The position numbers and the translations under genes are program-made. Shown one piece after another: positions 1-7,897 of a stretch of 43,950 nucleotides of DNA. Source of the DNA: Planctomycetales bacterium (GTDB lineage Bacteria; Planctomycetota; SBBH01); contig SBBH01000211.1 of the NCBI GenBank assembly GCA_005239795.1, forward strand, positions 1 to 43,950. The letters run 5' to 3'. The stretch's first letter is position 1. The number at the start of each line of letters is the position of its first letter. The notes below the pieces were generated by a model. That model made no database searches, had not been told where the DNA came from, and saw only the letters and a list, made by a program, of their open reading frames with translations.

Positions 1-153
1 AGGCTGGAAGGTTTCTCCTATTATGGAACCAGCCGGTATAGAATCACGCCACTTTGGCATGAGCAGGGATCTGTGCACAAACTGGGGAAACTCGCGGGAT
101 CGCCGATTGACCCTCCTGGGTCTTGCGACTATCATGCGCTTAAAGGAGGAACC

Positions 154-342
154 GTGCCGATCGACAGAGAACTTCTGGAGATACTCGCCTGTCCCCTCTG
201 CAAGACGGAGGTCCGCCACGAGACGAGCGGGTCGTCTGAATCGCTTGTTTGCGTCCAGTGCCGCCGCCGTTATCCCATCCGCGACAACATCCCTGTGATG
301 CTGGTTGAGGAGGCTCAGGGGCCTGAAGCGGCCAAGGGCTAG
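154..342 (+). CDS. Trm112/UPF0434 (YcaR-like) zinc-ribbon protein
   Basis: CPLCK ... CVQCRR cysteine pairs and C-terminal YPIRDNIPVML are typical of the family. AAAGGAGGA lies immediately upstream of GTG 154. The frame stays open upstream to the window edge, so the start is inferred. Confidence 0.8.
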   Translation: MPIDRELLEILACPLCKTEVRHETSGSSESLVCVQCRRRYPIRDNIPVMLVEEAQGPEAAKG

Positions 343-498
343 TGCTTCGTACAAAAATTTTTCGTGCTGCGCACCAAAACTTTCGGCTCAGCACGAGTGG
401 TGAGCGAGGAAGTCTTGGTCATGTATAGGGAATGAAGACTTCTTAAGTCGAACCGCTAGCCCGAGCGCCTGCCCTCTTTTTCGGCGCGGGGGTACAAC

Positions 499-1248
499 AT
501 GATCGCGTTCATCTCCGACATCCATTCGAATCTGGCCGCCCTCGAGGCGGTTTTAGGCGACATCCGCGCCAAGAAGATCGATGAGATCGTCTGCCTGGGC
601 GATGTCGTCGGGTATGGCCCCGACCCCGAAGCGTGCATCGATCTCTTGAAGGATCTGAAGACGGTCCTTCTTGGGAATCACGACGAGGCGGTTCTAACGG
701 GCGAGGCCTCGGACTTCAATCTACGGGCCCGGCGGGCTGCCGACTGGACCCGCCAGCGGTTGAGTGACAACATCCACAACGATCCCTTGAAGCAGGAGCG
801 GTGGAATTTCCTGGAGCGGATGGAATCGATCCGCCAGGAAGGGAACGTCACCTACGTGCACGGCTCGCCGCGCAATCCCACCAAGGAATATGTGATCCCG
901 CGGGACGCCACCAACCACGGCAAGATGAAGGACATCTTCGACCAGATCCCGCACCTTTGTTTCGGAGGGCACACGCATTTGCCGGGTGTCTTTACCGAAA
1001 AATTCGAGTTCTTCTCGCCACAGGATCTCCACAACATCTACATCCCGGACAGCTCCAAGGCCTTCGTGAATATCGGCTCGGTCGGACAGCCCCGCGACGG
1101 GGACATCCGCGCTTGCTATGCCACCTACGACGGCGAATCGGTCGTCTGGCGGCGCGTCGAATACGATGTCGATAAGACGGTCCAGAAGATCCACGCGATC
1201 GACGCTTTGGATAGGTCCCTGGGGGACCGCCTGTTGGAAGGACACTAG
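499..1248 (+). CDS. calcineurin-like metallophosphoesterase
   Basis: Motifs SDIHSN, GDVVGYG, GNHD and GGHTH occur in canonical order. ATG start. Confidence 0.85.
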   Translation: MIAFISDIHSNLAALEAVLGDIRAKKIDEIVCLGDVVGYGPDPEACIDLLKDLKTVLLGNHDEAVLTGEASDFNLRARRAADWTRQRLSDNIHNDPLKQERWNFLERMESIRQEGNVTYVHGSPRNPTKEYVIPRDATNHGKMKDIFDQIPHLCFGGHTHLPGVFTEKFEFFSPQDLHNIYIPDSSKAFVNIGSVGQPRDGDIRACYATYDGESVVWRRVEYDVDKTVQKIHAIDALDRSLGDRLLEGH

Positions 1249-1338
1249 GATTCGCGCAAAATAATTGGTCGATTCTGTTGCAATGGACCGTTTTGATTCT
1301 GCTATCTTGTCATTCCCCTTTTTTTGCGCGAATCCTAG
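1245..1338. repeat. perfect 17-bp inverted repeat (1245-1261 / 1322-1338) with 60-nt AT-richer loop
   Basis: CTAGGATTCGCGCAAAA and its exact reverse complement were read directly. The 5' arm overlaps the phosphoesterase stop codon. Confidence 0.9.
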
Positions 1339-1339
1339 A

Positions 1340-1460
1340 TAAGGGGCCGTGCAGAAAGGAATTGAATGAAAAGATCTCTCGTGAAAAATCTCCGAGGTAA
1401 TTGTTCGTGTTCTGTGAACCCTCCTATCAAACACGACAGTTATTTCTGCACGGCCCCTTA
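1340..1460. promoter_or_regulatory. perfect 18-bp inverted repeat (1340-1357 / 1443-1460) with 85-nt loop, ending 2 nt before the yidC GTG
   Basis: TAAGGGGCCGTGCAGAAA and its exact reverse complement were read directly. A regulatory role is inferred from position only. Confidence 0.5.
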
Positions 1461-1462
1461 GC

Positions 1463-3247
1463 GTGGATAAGCGATTTTTCACAGCGATGTTCGTCGGGAT
1501 CGCGGCGATGGTCGCCTATCTGGCGATCTGGAATCATTTCCATCCGCCACTTCCCCGAAAACTCGCGCCGACGGCCGGGAAATCTGCCGCCGTTCCTGTC
1601 GTGCAGGCGCCTGGGGCTGGCGATGCGGCCGCAAAGGAGGCCGTCGCGGCCACTTGGGCGGCGCTTCCTCCAGCGGCAGGTGCGCCGGCATCGGAGGCGC
1701 TCGCCGGAATCTCCATGGAGGGGAAGCCCCCGCGTTGGCGCGCGACGCTTGCCGCCCAGGGAGGGAGCCTGCGCGCCTGGACGATCCTGGCCGAGGGGGA
1801 TTCGAGCCTCCATGTCGACGGCCGGGTTGTCGCGGAAAGCGTTTCGGGGCGCTTTCCCGGCGAGGTGGTCCTGGGCGACAACGGCACCGCCGTGGATTTA
1901 GGGGGAGCCGTCTGGGAAGGGCGTCCGTCGGGGACAGGCGCTGCCTTCGCCGTGCGCCTGGTGAACGGCCTCGAGGTGGTGAAGGAGTACATCCCGGGTC
2001 CGGATCCCGACGGCCTCACCCTGCGCATCTCTTTTCGAAATCAAGGACACGCTCCCTGCACCTTCAAGCCCAAGATCCTGGCGGCCTGCGGGCTTCCCCA
2101 GAAGGAGGACCGCCAGGACACCCCCTATCCCAGCGAAGGTGTGATCCTGACGCGCCGTGAGGATGGGACGATCCGGCGCGTCGCGCAGGGTTTGAAGGAT
2201 CTTGAGAAGCCGCTTCCCTTCACTGAGGGGCCGGTTGTCTGGGGGGGGCTCGCCAACAAATACTTCCTCCTGTCGGTCCGGCCTGAGCTCGCGCCGGACG
2301 CGGCCGCCCCCCAGGCGGTCTGGGAGGCGCTCAAAAAGGAAAAGGAGAAGGACAAGACGGAACTCGGCCTCTGGTTCGAAGGGCCGGAGCTTGTGCTGGC
2401 ACCAGGCCAGTCGGCTGAGGCGTCATACCGAATGCTCGCGATCCCGAAGAAGCTCGCCCGGGCCGAGGCTCATGCGGATCTGGCCCTGGCGATCCATCGA
2501 CAATGGACGTGGTGGATCGAAGTTCCGCTTTTCGTGATTCTCACGTTCTGGTACGGCGTCACCGGAAACTACGGCGCGGCGATCCTCCTTTTGACGGTGC
2601 TTGTGAAGGTTCTCATGCACCCCTTGTCCGTCAACCAGCAGTCCTCGATGCAGAAGATGCAGGAGAAGATGAAAAAGCTCATGCCGAAGATCGAGGAGAT
2701 CAACGAGAAGTACAAGAACAACATGCGAAAGCGCACCGAGGAGACGATGAAGCTCTACAAGGAGCACGGGAACCCCCAGATGGCGGGGCTCAAGGGGTGC
2801 CTCCCGCTCCTCCTGCAGATGCCGATCTTTATCGCGCTCTACGCGGTGATCGCCAACGCCGTGGAACTGCGCGGAGCCCCTTTTTGTTTATGGATCCGGG
2901 ATCTGGCGGTGCCAGACAGGCTTGTGGTGCTCCCCTCCTGGGCTCAGGTCAACCTGTATTTAACTCGGATCGAGGATGTCAACCTCCTGCCGATCCTGAT
3001 GACGGTTGCCTCCTTCATTCAGATGTGGATGAACCCCGCGCCGCCGGCGGCCGACCCCGAGCAGGCCAAGCAGCAGAAGTTCACGCAGTACTTCGCGTTC
3101 GTTTTCATGGGGTTCATCCTCTACAACATGGCCTCGGGGCTCGTCCTCTACTGGTTCGCCAACACCGTCCTGGGGATTTTTGAATACAAACTGATCCAGC
3201 GGCGCTTGAAGGCCGCGAAGGCCTTGCCGCCGCTGGCGGTGTCATGA
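1463..3247 (+). CDS. yidC: membrane protein insertase YidC
   Basis: N-terminal TM and periplasmic domain, then the conserved insertase core (GNYGAAILLLTVLVKVLMHPL, LPLLLQMPIFIALY, NMASGLVLYWFANTVL). Start is GTG 1463 or in-frame ATG 1487. Confidence 0.9.
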   Translation: MDKRFFTAMFVGIAAMVAYLAIWNHFHPPLPRKLAPTAGKSAAVPVVQAPGAGDAAAKEAVAATWAALPPAAGAPASEALAGISMEGKPPRWRATLAAQGGSLRAWTILAEGDSSLHVDGRVVAESVSGRFPGEVVLGDNGTAVDLGGAVWEGRPSGTGAAFAVRLVNGLEVVKEYIPGPDPDGLTLRISFRNQGHAPCTFKPKILAACGLPQKEDRQDTPYPSEGVILTRREDGTIRRVAQGLKDLEKPLPFTEGPVVWGGLANKYFLLSVRPELAPDAAAPQAVWEALKKEKEKDKTELGLWFEGPELVLAPGQSAEASYRMLAIPKKLARAEAHADLALAIHRQWTWWIEVPLFVILTFWYGVTGNYGAAILLLTVLVKVLMHPLSVNQQSSMQKMQEKMKKLMPKIEEINEKYKNNMRKRTEETMKLYKEHGNPQMAGLKGCLPLLLQMPIFIALYAVIANAVELRGAPFCLWIRDLAVPDRLVVLPSWAQVNLYLTRIEDVNLLPILMTVASFIQMWMNPAPPAADPEQAKQQKFTQYFAFVFMGFILYNMASGLVLYWFANTVLGIFEYKLIQRRLKAAKALPPLAVS

Positions 3248-4650
3248 CCGACACGATCGCGGCGGTCGCAACGCCGCCGGGGCCCTCCCCGCGCGCGATC
3301 CTGCGCCTTTCAGGGGTCGAAGCGATCGTCGTCGCCGCACGTGTGTTCACGCCCCGGAGCGGCGGCCCCCTCGCCGCTCAGCCTTCCTTTCGATGGATCG
3401 AGGGAACCGTCCGCTGGGAGGGCGCGCCAGGCCCCGGGAGCCTGGCCCCCGCGGGGCTCATCCTGATGCGCGCGCCAAAAAGTTATACGCGCGAGGAGAT
3501 GGCGGAGCTCCACGTGCCGGGGAACCCTGTGCTCGTGGGGGCTCTTTACGCGCGGATCCTAGCGGCCGGGGCGCGAAGCGCCGAACCAGGCGAGTTCACG
3601 CGGCGGGCCTTCGAGAACGGCCGCCTGGATCTGACGCAGGCCGAGGCGGTCTTGGGCGTGATCGACGCGGAGCGCGGCGAGGATCACCGGCGGGCCCTTG
3701 CGCTCCTTGGGGAAAACCGCCGCACGCGCGCGACGGCGCTTCGCGAATCGGTGGCGGGGCTTCTGGCGCTCCTGGAAGGGAGCTTGGATTTCGCTGAGGA
3801 GGGGATCGATTTTTTTCAGGACGAGAGTCTGCCCGAACAGATCCGATATTTGAGGGAAACGCTTTCGGCCGCCGCTGCAGATTCTCAGGTTCCGAGGGGG
3901 GATGTCGCGGCCGGCTTGCCTCGCCTCTTTCTCGTGGGGAAGGCGAACGCCGGGAAGTCGACCTTGTTCAACTCTCTTGTGCAGGGGAGCGGCGCCCTGC
4001 CCAATCTTGAAAGCCCCGTCGCCGGGACGACACGCGACATGATCGAAGCCGAAGTCTCTTGGCCCTTGGGAAACCGCGCGGTGGCATTCATTCTCGTCGA
4101 CACGCCGGGGTTTTTGGGGGAGGCGGCCGCGTGCGTTGACGAGACGGGCCATAAGCTTCTGGCCGCGGCCCTGGCAGGCCGTCCTTTTGTTCTTTTCGTG
4201 GCCGATGGCGGGCGCCCTTGGGAGAAGGAAGACGGCGAGCTCTACGAGCGGTGCCGAGGGTTGGCGCATCGGGTGGTGATCGCCAAGGGGGATCTCCCTC
4301 GCCGGTTGGATTGGGTTGGGGTCGTTGAGCCCGAGGCGGCCGCCGCGGCCTTAACGGCGAGCGCCCGGACGGGCGCAGGGATCCCGGAGCTCCAAAAAGC
4401 GCTTGCGGAGTGGATGGTTGATGAGAGGAGGAGCGACCCGGCCCGCGCCCAGGCGGCCGAAGGGGCCATTTACACGGCCGTCGGCGAGGCGCTCGATCGC
4501 GCTTGGGAGGAGGCCCGCCAGGGCGGGGCGCCGGAGCTCGTGGCCGCATCGCTCCGCGAGGCGGTGGAGGGGTTCTCGCCGCTTTTCGGGCCTGCTGCGC
4601 CAGAGGAGATGTTGGACCGGATCTTCGGAAAATTCTGCATCGGAAAATAG
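3244..4650 (+). CDS. mnmE: tRNA modification GTPase MnmE
   Basis: N-terminal TIAAVATPPG, G-domain GKANAGKSTLFN and DTPG, and the hallmark C-terminal CIGK. The ATG overlaps the yidC stop (ATGA). Confidence 0.95.
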   Translation: MTDTIAAVATPPGPSPRAILRLSGVEAIVVAARVFTPRSGGPLAAQPSFRWIEGTVRWEGAPGPGSLAPAGLILMRAPKSYTREEMAELHVPGNPVLVGALYARILAAGARSAEPGEFTRRAFENGRLDLTQAEAVLGVIDAERGEDHRRALALLGENRRTRATALRESVAGLLALLEGSLDFAEEGIDFFQDESLPEQIRYLRETLSAAAADSQVPRGDVAAGLPRLFLVGKANAGKSTLFNSLVQGSGALPNLESPVAGTTRDMIEAEVSWPLGNRAVAFILVDTPGFLGEAAACVDETGHKLLAAALAGRPFVLFVADGGRPWEKEDGELYERCRGLAHRVVIAKGDLPRRLDWVGVVEPEAAAAALTASARTGAGIPELQKALAEWMVDERRSDPARAQAAEGAIYTAVGEALDRAWEEARQGGAPELVAASLREAVEGFSPLFGPAAPEEMLDRIFGKFCIGK

Positions 4651-4661
4651 AGGGGAACGCG

Positions 4662-6803
4662 ATGAAAAAAAACTTAGGCGTGACGGCGATCCTGATTTTG
4701 GCATCGGCGCTCCCGGCAGGCCCGTCGCCGGCGGTGCGCCTCGAGACGCTTGATGATTTCAAGGTTCTCGAGGGGCGTTTCCAGGAAGCGGTCAAGGCCG
4801 TGCGCCCCGCCGTTGTCCATTTGGCCATCATAGGGGGGGATAGCGGCTCGGGGGTGATCATCTCCCCCGACGGCTGGATCGCCACCTGCTCGCACGTGGT
4901 CGGGCACAGACCCGGCGCCCGGGTCCGCGTGACCTTCGCCGACGGGCGCTCGGCCCCCGGGGTGACGCACGGGGTACATCTCGCGATGGATTACGGGTTG
5001 GTGAAGATTTCTTCCGAGGAAGAGGAAGGGGCAGACAAGAAACCGTTTCCCTTCGTCGAGTTTGGAGATTCCGAGGCGCTCATACCGGGGGAGTGGGTGA
5101 TTGCGATGGGCCATCCCTTGGCGCTTTTTAAGGGACGAGGGCCGGTTCCAAGATTTGGCCGCGTCGGCGGCCGCTTTCCGAGCGGATATCTCCAGATGGA
5201 CACCCCTGTGGCCCCCGGCGATTCGGGAGGGCCTGTCTTTGATCTCGCGGGGCGGCTTGTGGCGCTCAACGAAGCCCAGTCTCCCGACACGGTCACCGAG
5301 GGGGATTTCGCGCCCACGAACGACTTGAGGAAGGTTCTTGACCGCCTCAAGAACAGTGAGGTGCTGGGCGTCGAACGGATCGAGGGGAGCGGGGGAAGCG
5401 TCCAGAACCTGATGAAGCAAGCAGAATTCGATCAGTACATGGCCGCGTGTCTCGCCTTCGCCGAAGGGAAGATCGGCAAGGCGGCTGGGATTTTCGAACA
5501 CGTCTGCCAAGGGACGAAACCGGACGTGATGGTGTTTTACGACGCGGCGCGGGCCTTCTCCTTGTGGTCGGTCCAAGAAGGGGATCCTCAGGCCAAGGAA
5601 GAGAGGGCCCAGCGGGCGGTGTCGCTTCTCGCGCAGGCCCTTCCTTTGGGTTCGATCGATTCAGAGGCAATCGAGCAGGACGAGGCGTTCGCCCCCTTGA
5701 GAGAGCGTGCCGACTTCAGGGATTTGAGGGAAGTCCTGAGGGACAAGGGGCGCGCGGCCGGCGTGCCGCCAATCTACCGATGGCAGCTGCAGTACCCTTC
5801 CGCGACCGAAGCGGATCCCCGCCACCGGAAAGACGGCCCCGAACTCCTGAAAATCCTGTCGGCCGCGGCCCTCCCGTGCGGCCCAGCCATCTTTTCCGTC
5901 AAACAGGAAGGGCGGATCGCGGCGTTCGCCACCGCCGTCTCCCAGGAGGGGTTTCTCGTCACCAAGGCGAGCGAGCTTTTTTTTGATGCGCCCCTGGCGG
6001 TCGTGGGGGCGGATGGCCGCGAGATCCCTGCCATTATTGCCGCACAGGATGAGGCGACGGATCTCGCCCTCCTCAAGATCGAATCGCCTCTTCCTGCGGT
6101 GATCGCATTCGACGAAACCCAAGAGGCCGTGATCGGCGGGACCTTCCTTATTTCAGTCGCTCCAGGGGGGGCGGCGCTCTCCTGGGGGATTGTCTCCCTG
6201 CCCCGTTTCGAGACGGGGCGAGTGAATTCCGCCCGCCGCCCCCCTGGGAAAAAGCCAGGGCGGCCGTCGGAAAAACCCGGCCTGGGACTCTCGACGCGCA
6301 CGCTCGAGGGAAGCAAGGCGCTTGAGGTGACGGAGGTTGTGCCGCGGGGAGCGGCCCAGCGCGCCGGGGTCCTCCGCGGGGATGTCATACACCGTGCGGA
6401 CGGCCAAGCGCCTGAAACGCCGGAGCACCTTGCCGAAATCGCGGCGGCGAAAAGGGCTGGGGATGTCCTGGTGCTGCGCGTCGGCCGCCAGGACAAAGAG
6501 GGAAGCCCTTTCGTGCGCTACCTAGAGGTGAGGCTTGGTTCGGGCGGCGCGGGTTCCCGAATGGGCGAGGAGACGGCTCTGCGGGGGCCGGTGAGCGTCC
6601 GCTTTGAGGGGCTCGGAACCGTGGTCCAGCACGATGGCGTCGTCTGGCCGGCGCAGATAGGATCTCCGGTCGTGGACCTCGCGGGCCAGGTCCGGGGGCT
6701 CAATCTCGCGCGGCCGGATTGGACGGGGACCTATCTCCTCCCCGCCTCTCGCGCGGCTGAGGCCGTCAAGCAGCTCCTGGCCGCGGCCACCGAAAAGAAA
6801 TAA
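4662..6803 (+). CDS. secreted S1C (HtrA-like) serine protease with a PDZ domain and a second, degenerate protease-like domain
   Basis: Signal peptide MKKNLGVTAILILASALPAG. Triad context CSHVV / DYGLVKI / GDSGGPVFD. PDZ-like segment EVTEVVPRGAAQRAGVLRGDVI. The Arg/Gly-rich extension back to 4503 was rejected. Confidence 0.8.
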   Translation: MKKNLGVTAILILASALPAGPSPAVRLETLDDFKVLEGRFQEAVKAVRPAVVHLAIIGGDSGSGVIISPDGWIATCSHVVGHRPGARVRVTFADGRSAPGVTHGVHLAMDYGLVKISSEEEEGADKKPFPFVEFGDSEALIPGEWVIAMGHPLALFKGRGPVPRFGRVGGRFPSGYLQMDTPVAPGDSGGPVFDLAGRLVALNEAQSPDTVTEGDFAPTNDLRKVLDRLKNSEVLGVERIEGSGGSVQNLMKQAEFDQYMAACLAFAEGKIGKAAGIFEHVCQGTKPDVMVFYDAARAFSLWSVQEGDPQAKEERAQRAVSLLAQALPLGSIDSEAIEQDEAFAPLRERADFRDLREVLRDKGRAAGVPPIYRWQLQYPSATEADPRHRKDGPELLKILSAAALPCGPAIFSVKQEGRIAAFATAVSQEGFLVTKASELFFDAPLAVVGADGREIPAIIAAQDEATDLALLKIESPLPAVIAFDETQEAVIGGTFLISVAPGGAALSWGIVSLPRFETGRVNSARRPPGKKPGRPSEKPGLGLSTRTLEGSKALEVTEVVPRGAAQRAGVLRGDVIHRADGQAPETPEHLAEIAAAKRAGDVLVLRVGRQDKEGSPFVRYLEVRLGSGGAGSRMGEETALRGPVSVRFEGLGTVVQHDGVVWPAQIGSPVVDLAGQVRGLNLARPDWTGTYLLPASRAAEAVKQLLAAATEKK

Positions 6804-6812
6804 GCCTTTGCA

Positions 6813-6855
6813 ATCGGGATTCGTCGTTCGCAGAAAACGAACGACGAAATCCGAT
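6813..6855. terminator. long hairpin between the convergent protease and queD genes
   Basis: TTCGTCGTTCG (6820-6830) pairs perfectly with CGAACGACGAA (6838-6848) across a 7-nt loop, and the stem extends with bulges. No clear U-tract on either strand. Confidence 0.45.
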
Positions 6856-6890
6856 CGGTGAACGACGAGATGCGCGCACCAGACCCTGAT

Positions 6891-7265
6891 TCAAGAGCTC
6901 CCTGCCTCACCTCTGTAAACGCACTGCGTGGTGCAGGTTTCGCGCACGGTGACAGACGCCAAGAGGGGGAGGGCCGGCTTCACGCGGTCGTAAATCCACC
7001 GGGCCAAGATTTCTGAAGTGGGATTCTCGAGCCCTGGGATGTCGTTCAGGTTGTAGTGGTCCAGCTGTGCTAGAAGCGGCTCGGCCGCCGCTTTGATGTC
7101 GCCGTAGTCGAGAAGCCATCCCGTTTTGGGGTCGACTTCCCCCGCGACTGCCACCTCGAAGCGGAACGAATGGCCGTGGAGCCGTCCGCATTTGTGGCCC
7201 GGCGGGACATGCGGCAGGCGATGAGCGGCTTCGAACCGGAATTCTTTCGTGAGCTCAACGTTCAT
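6891..7265 (-). CDS. queD: 6-carboxy-5,6,7,8-tetrahydropterin synthase QueD
   Basis: [11 protein letters not shown] ... [12 protein letters not shown] is the PTPS/QueD signature. Start taken at MNVELTK (ATG 7265); the low-complexity extension to 7391 was rejected. Confidence 0.9.
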   Translation of the reverse strand: MNVELTKEFRFEAAHRLPHVPPGHKCGRLHGHSFRFEVAVAGEVDPKTGWLLDYGDIKAAAEPLLAQLDHYNLNDIPGLENPTSEILARWIYDRVKPALPLLASVTVRETCTTQCVYRGEAGSS

Positions 7266-7280
7266 AGGGAAAGAATTCCG

Positions 7281-7348
7281 GAAATCCCAAACCCCAAACC
7301 CCAAATCCCAAACAAACGGACAAACGCAAAATAGAGAAAAGCACAAAC
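7281..7348 (-). repeat. GT-rich (sense strand) leader element upstream of queD, related to copies at 22216-22248 and 37256-37281
   Basis: Hand alignment gives 19/20 identity for GCGTTTGTC[C/G]GTTTGTTTGG plus a shared GTTTGTGC with the top6A leader. It gives 22/26 identity with the moxR leader. Confidence 0.7.
7286..7309 (-). other. canonical G-quadruplex motif GGGATTTGGGGTTTGGGGTTTGGG in the queD 5' leader
   Basis: Four G3-4 tracts separated by 3-4 nt loops on the queD sense strand, 20 nt upstream of the ATG. Folding is not demonstrated. Confidence 0.6.
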
Positions 7349-7425
7349 ACAGTATGCGCTTTTTCAAAGAAACGTCTCGCAGCAACTCCAACCAAACTAA
7401 CCATCGATGATCTCCGCACGATCCC

Positions 7426-7782
7426 TCAGGTTCTTTTTCGGTGGATTTCCACCGCTGTGCCGGCGGCGCCGGGGATCGCGGCGGGCTTGGTGACGCAGAC
7501 GGTGACGGCCTCGACGGGGAATTCCTTGAGGAGCATCCGGGCGACCCCTTCGGCTAGGGTTTCCAAAAGCTGGGCCTTGCGCGCCGCGCAGAAGTCGCGC
7601 GTCTTCTCGGCCGCCCGCGCGTAGTTGGGGGCGTACCGCAGGTCGTCCGTGGCGCCGGCCCGCGTTAGATCGCAAATCATCTCGAGGTCCACGAGGATCC
7701 GCTGGGGGATTTCCCGTTCATGGGGAAGCGTCCCCACGATGCAGTCGACGGCGAGCCTTGAGATGATGATTCTGTCGTCCAT
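7426..7782 (-). CDS. folB: dihydroneopterin aldolase family protein (FolB-like)
   Basis: Matches FolB pattern and size: [35 protein letters not shown] ... [14 protein letters not shown] ... VCVTKP. Start taken at MDDR; the ORF is open to 8106. Confidence 0.75.
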   Translation of the reverse strand: MDDRIIISRLAVDCIVGTLPHEREIPQRILVDLEMICDLTRAGATDDLRYAPNYARAAEKTRDFCAARKAQLLETLAEGVARMLLKEFPVEAVTVCVTKPAAIPGAAGTAVEIHRKRT

Positions 7783-7882
7783 CGGAGGCTGGAGTGTCTC
7801 GGATCTTCCTTCCGGCGTCCAGATCTGGTCTTTTGCTTCAGGAAGGGGCGCGATTGTACTCGCGGGATTTTCCTCTGCGGCG

Positions 7883-7888
7883 TAGAAT
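7883..7888 (+). promoter_or_regulatory. putative -10 hexamer TAGAAT, 9 nt before the pyrR ATG
   Basis: Sequence match only. No convincing -35 found. Confidence 0.25.
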
Positions 7889-7897
7889 CCATTTTTC

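Noticed and set aside
1-153. Reading frame of the Trm112-like gene stays open to the window start, suggesting a larger fusion protein
   Set aside because: The upstream translation is not protein-like and is AT-richer. A strong AAAGGAGGA precedes GTG 154, exactly where the conserved Trm112 sequence begins. This cannot be fully excluded without upstream sequence.
1366-1461. The uORF as a decayed rpmH (L34), since rpmH-rnpA-yidD normally precede yidC and the peptide starts MKRS..NLRG
   Set aside because: Similarity is limited to MKR and a few residues. The Arg/Lys-rich L34 core is absent and the length is wrong.
1462-1470. DnaA-box-like CGTGGATAA (8/9 match to TGTGGATAA) next to yidC, raising the idea of oriC
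   Set aside because: It is a single box with no cluster of boxes and no obvious AT-rich unwinding repeats, and dnaA/rpmH/rnpA are absent from the window. This is insufficient for an origin call.
7266-7425. preQ1 riboswitch upstream of queD
   Set aside because: I find no short hairpin followed by the A-rich tail of preQ1-I, and no preQ1-II/III-like architecture. The region is instead a GT-rich repeat. Only a covariance-model scan could settle this.
7783-7897. PyrR-binding attenuator in the pyrR-pyrB leader
   Set aside because: A TAGAAT lies 9 nt before the ATG, which leaves almost no leader. No terminator/antiterminator hairpin pair is visible.
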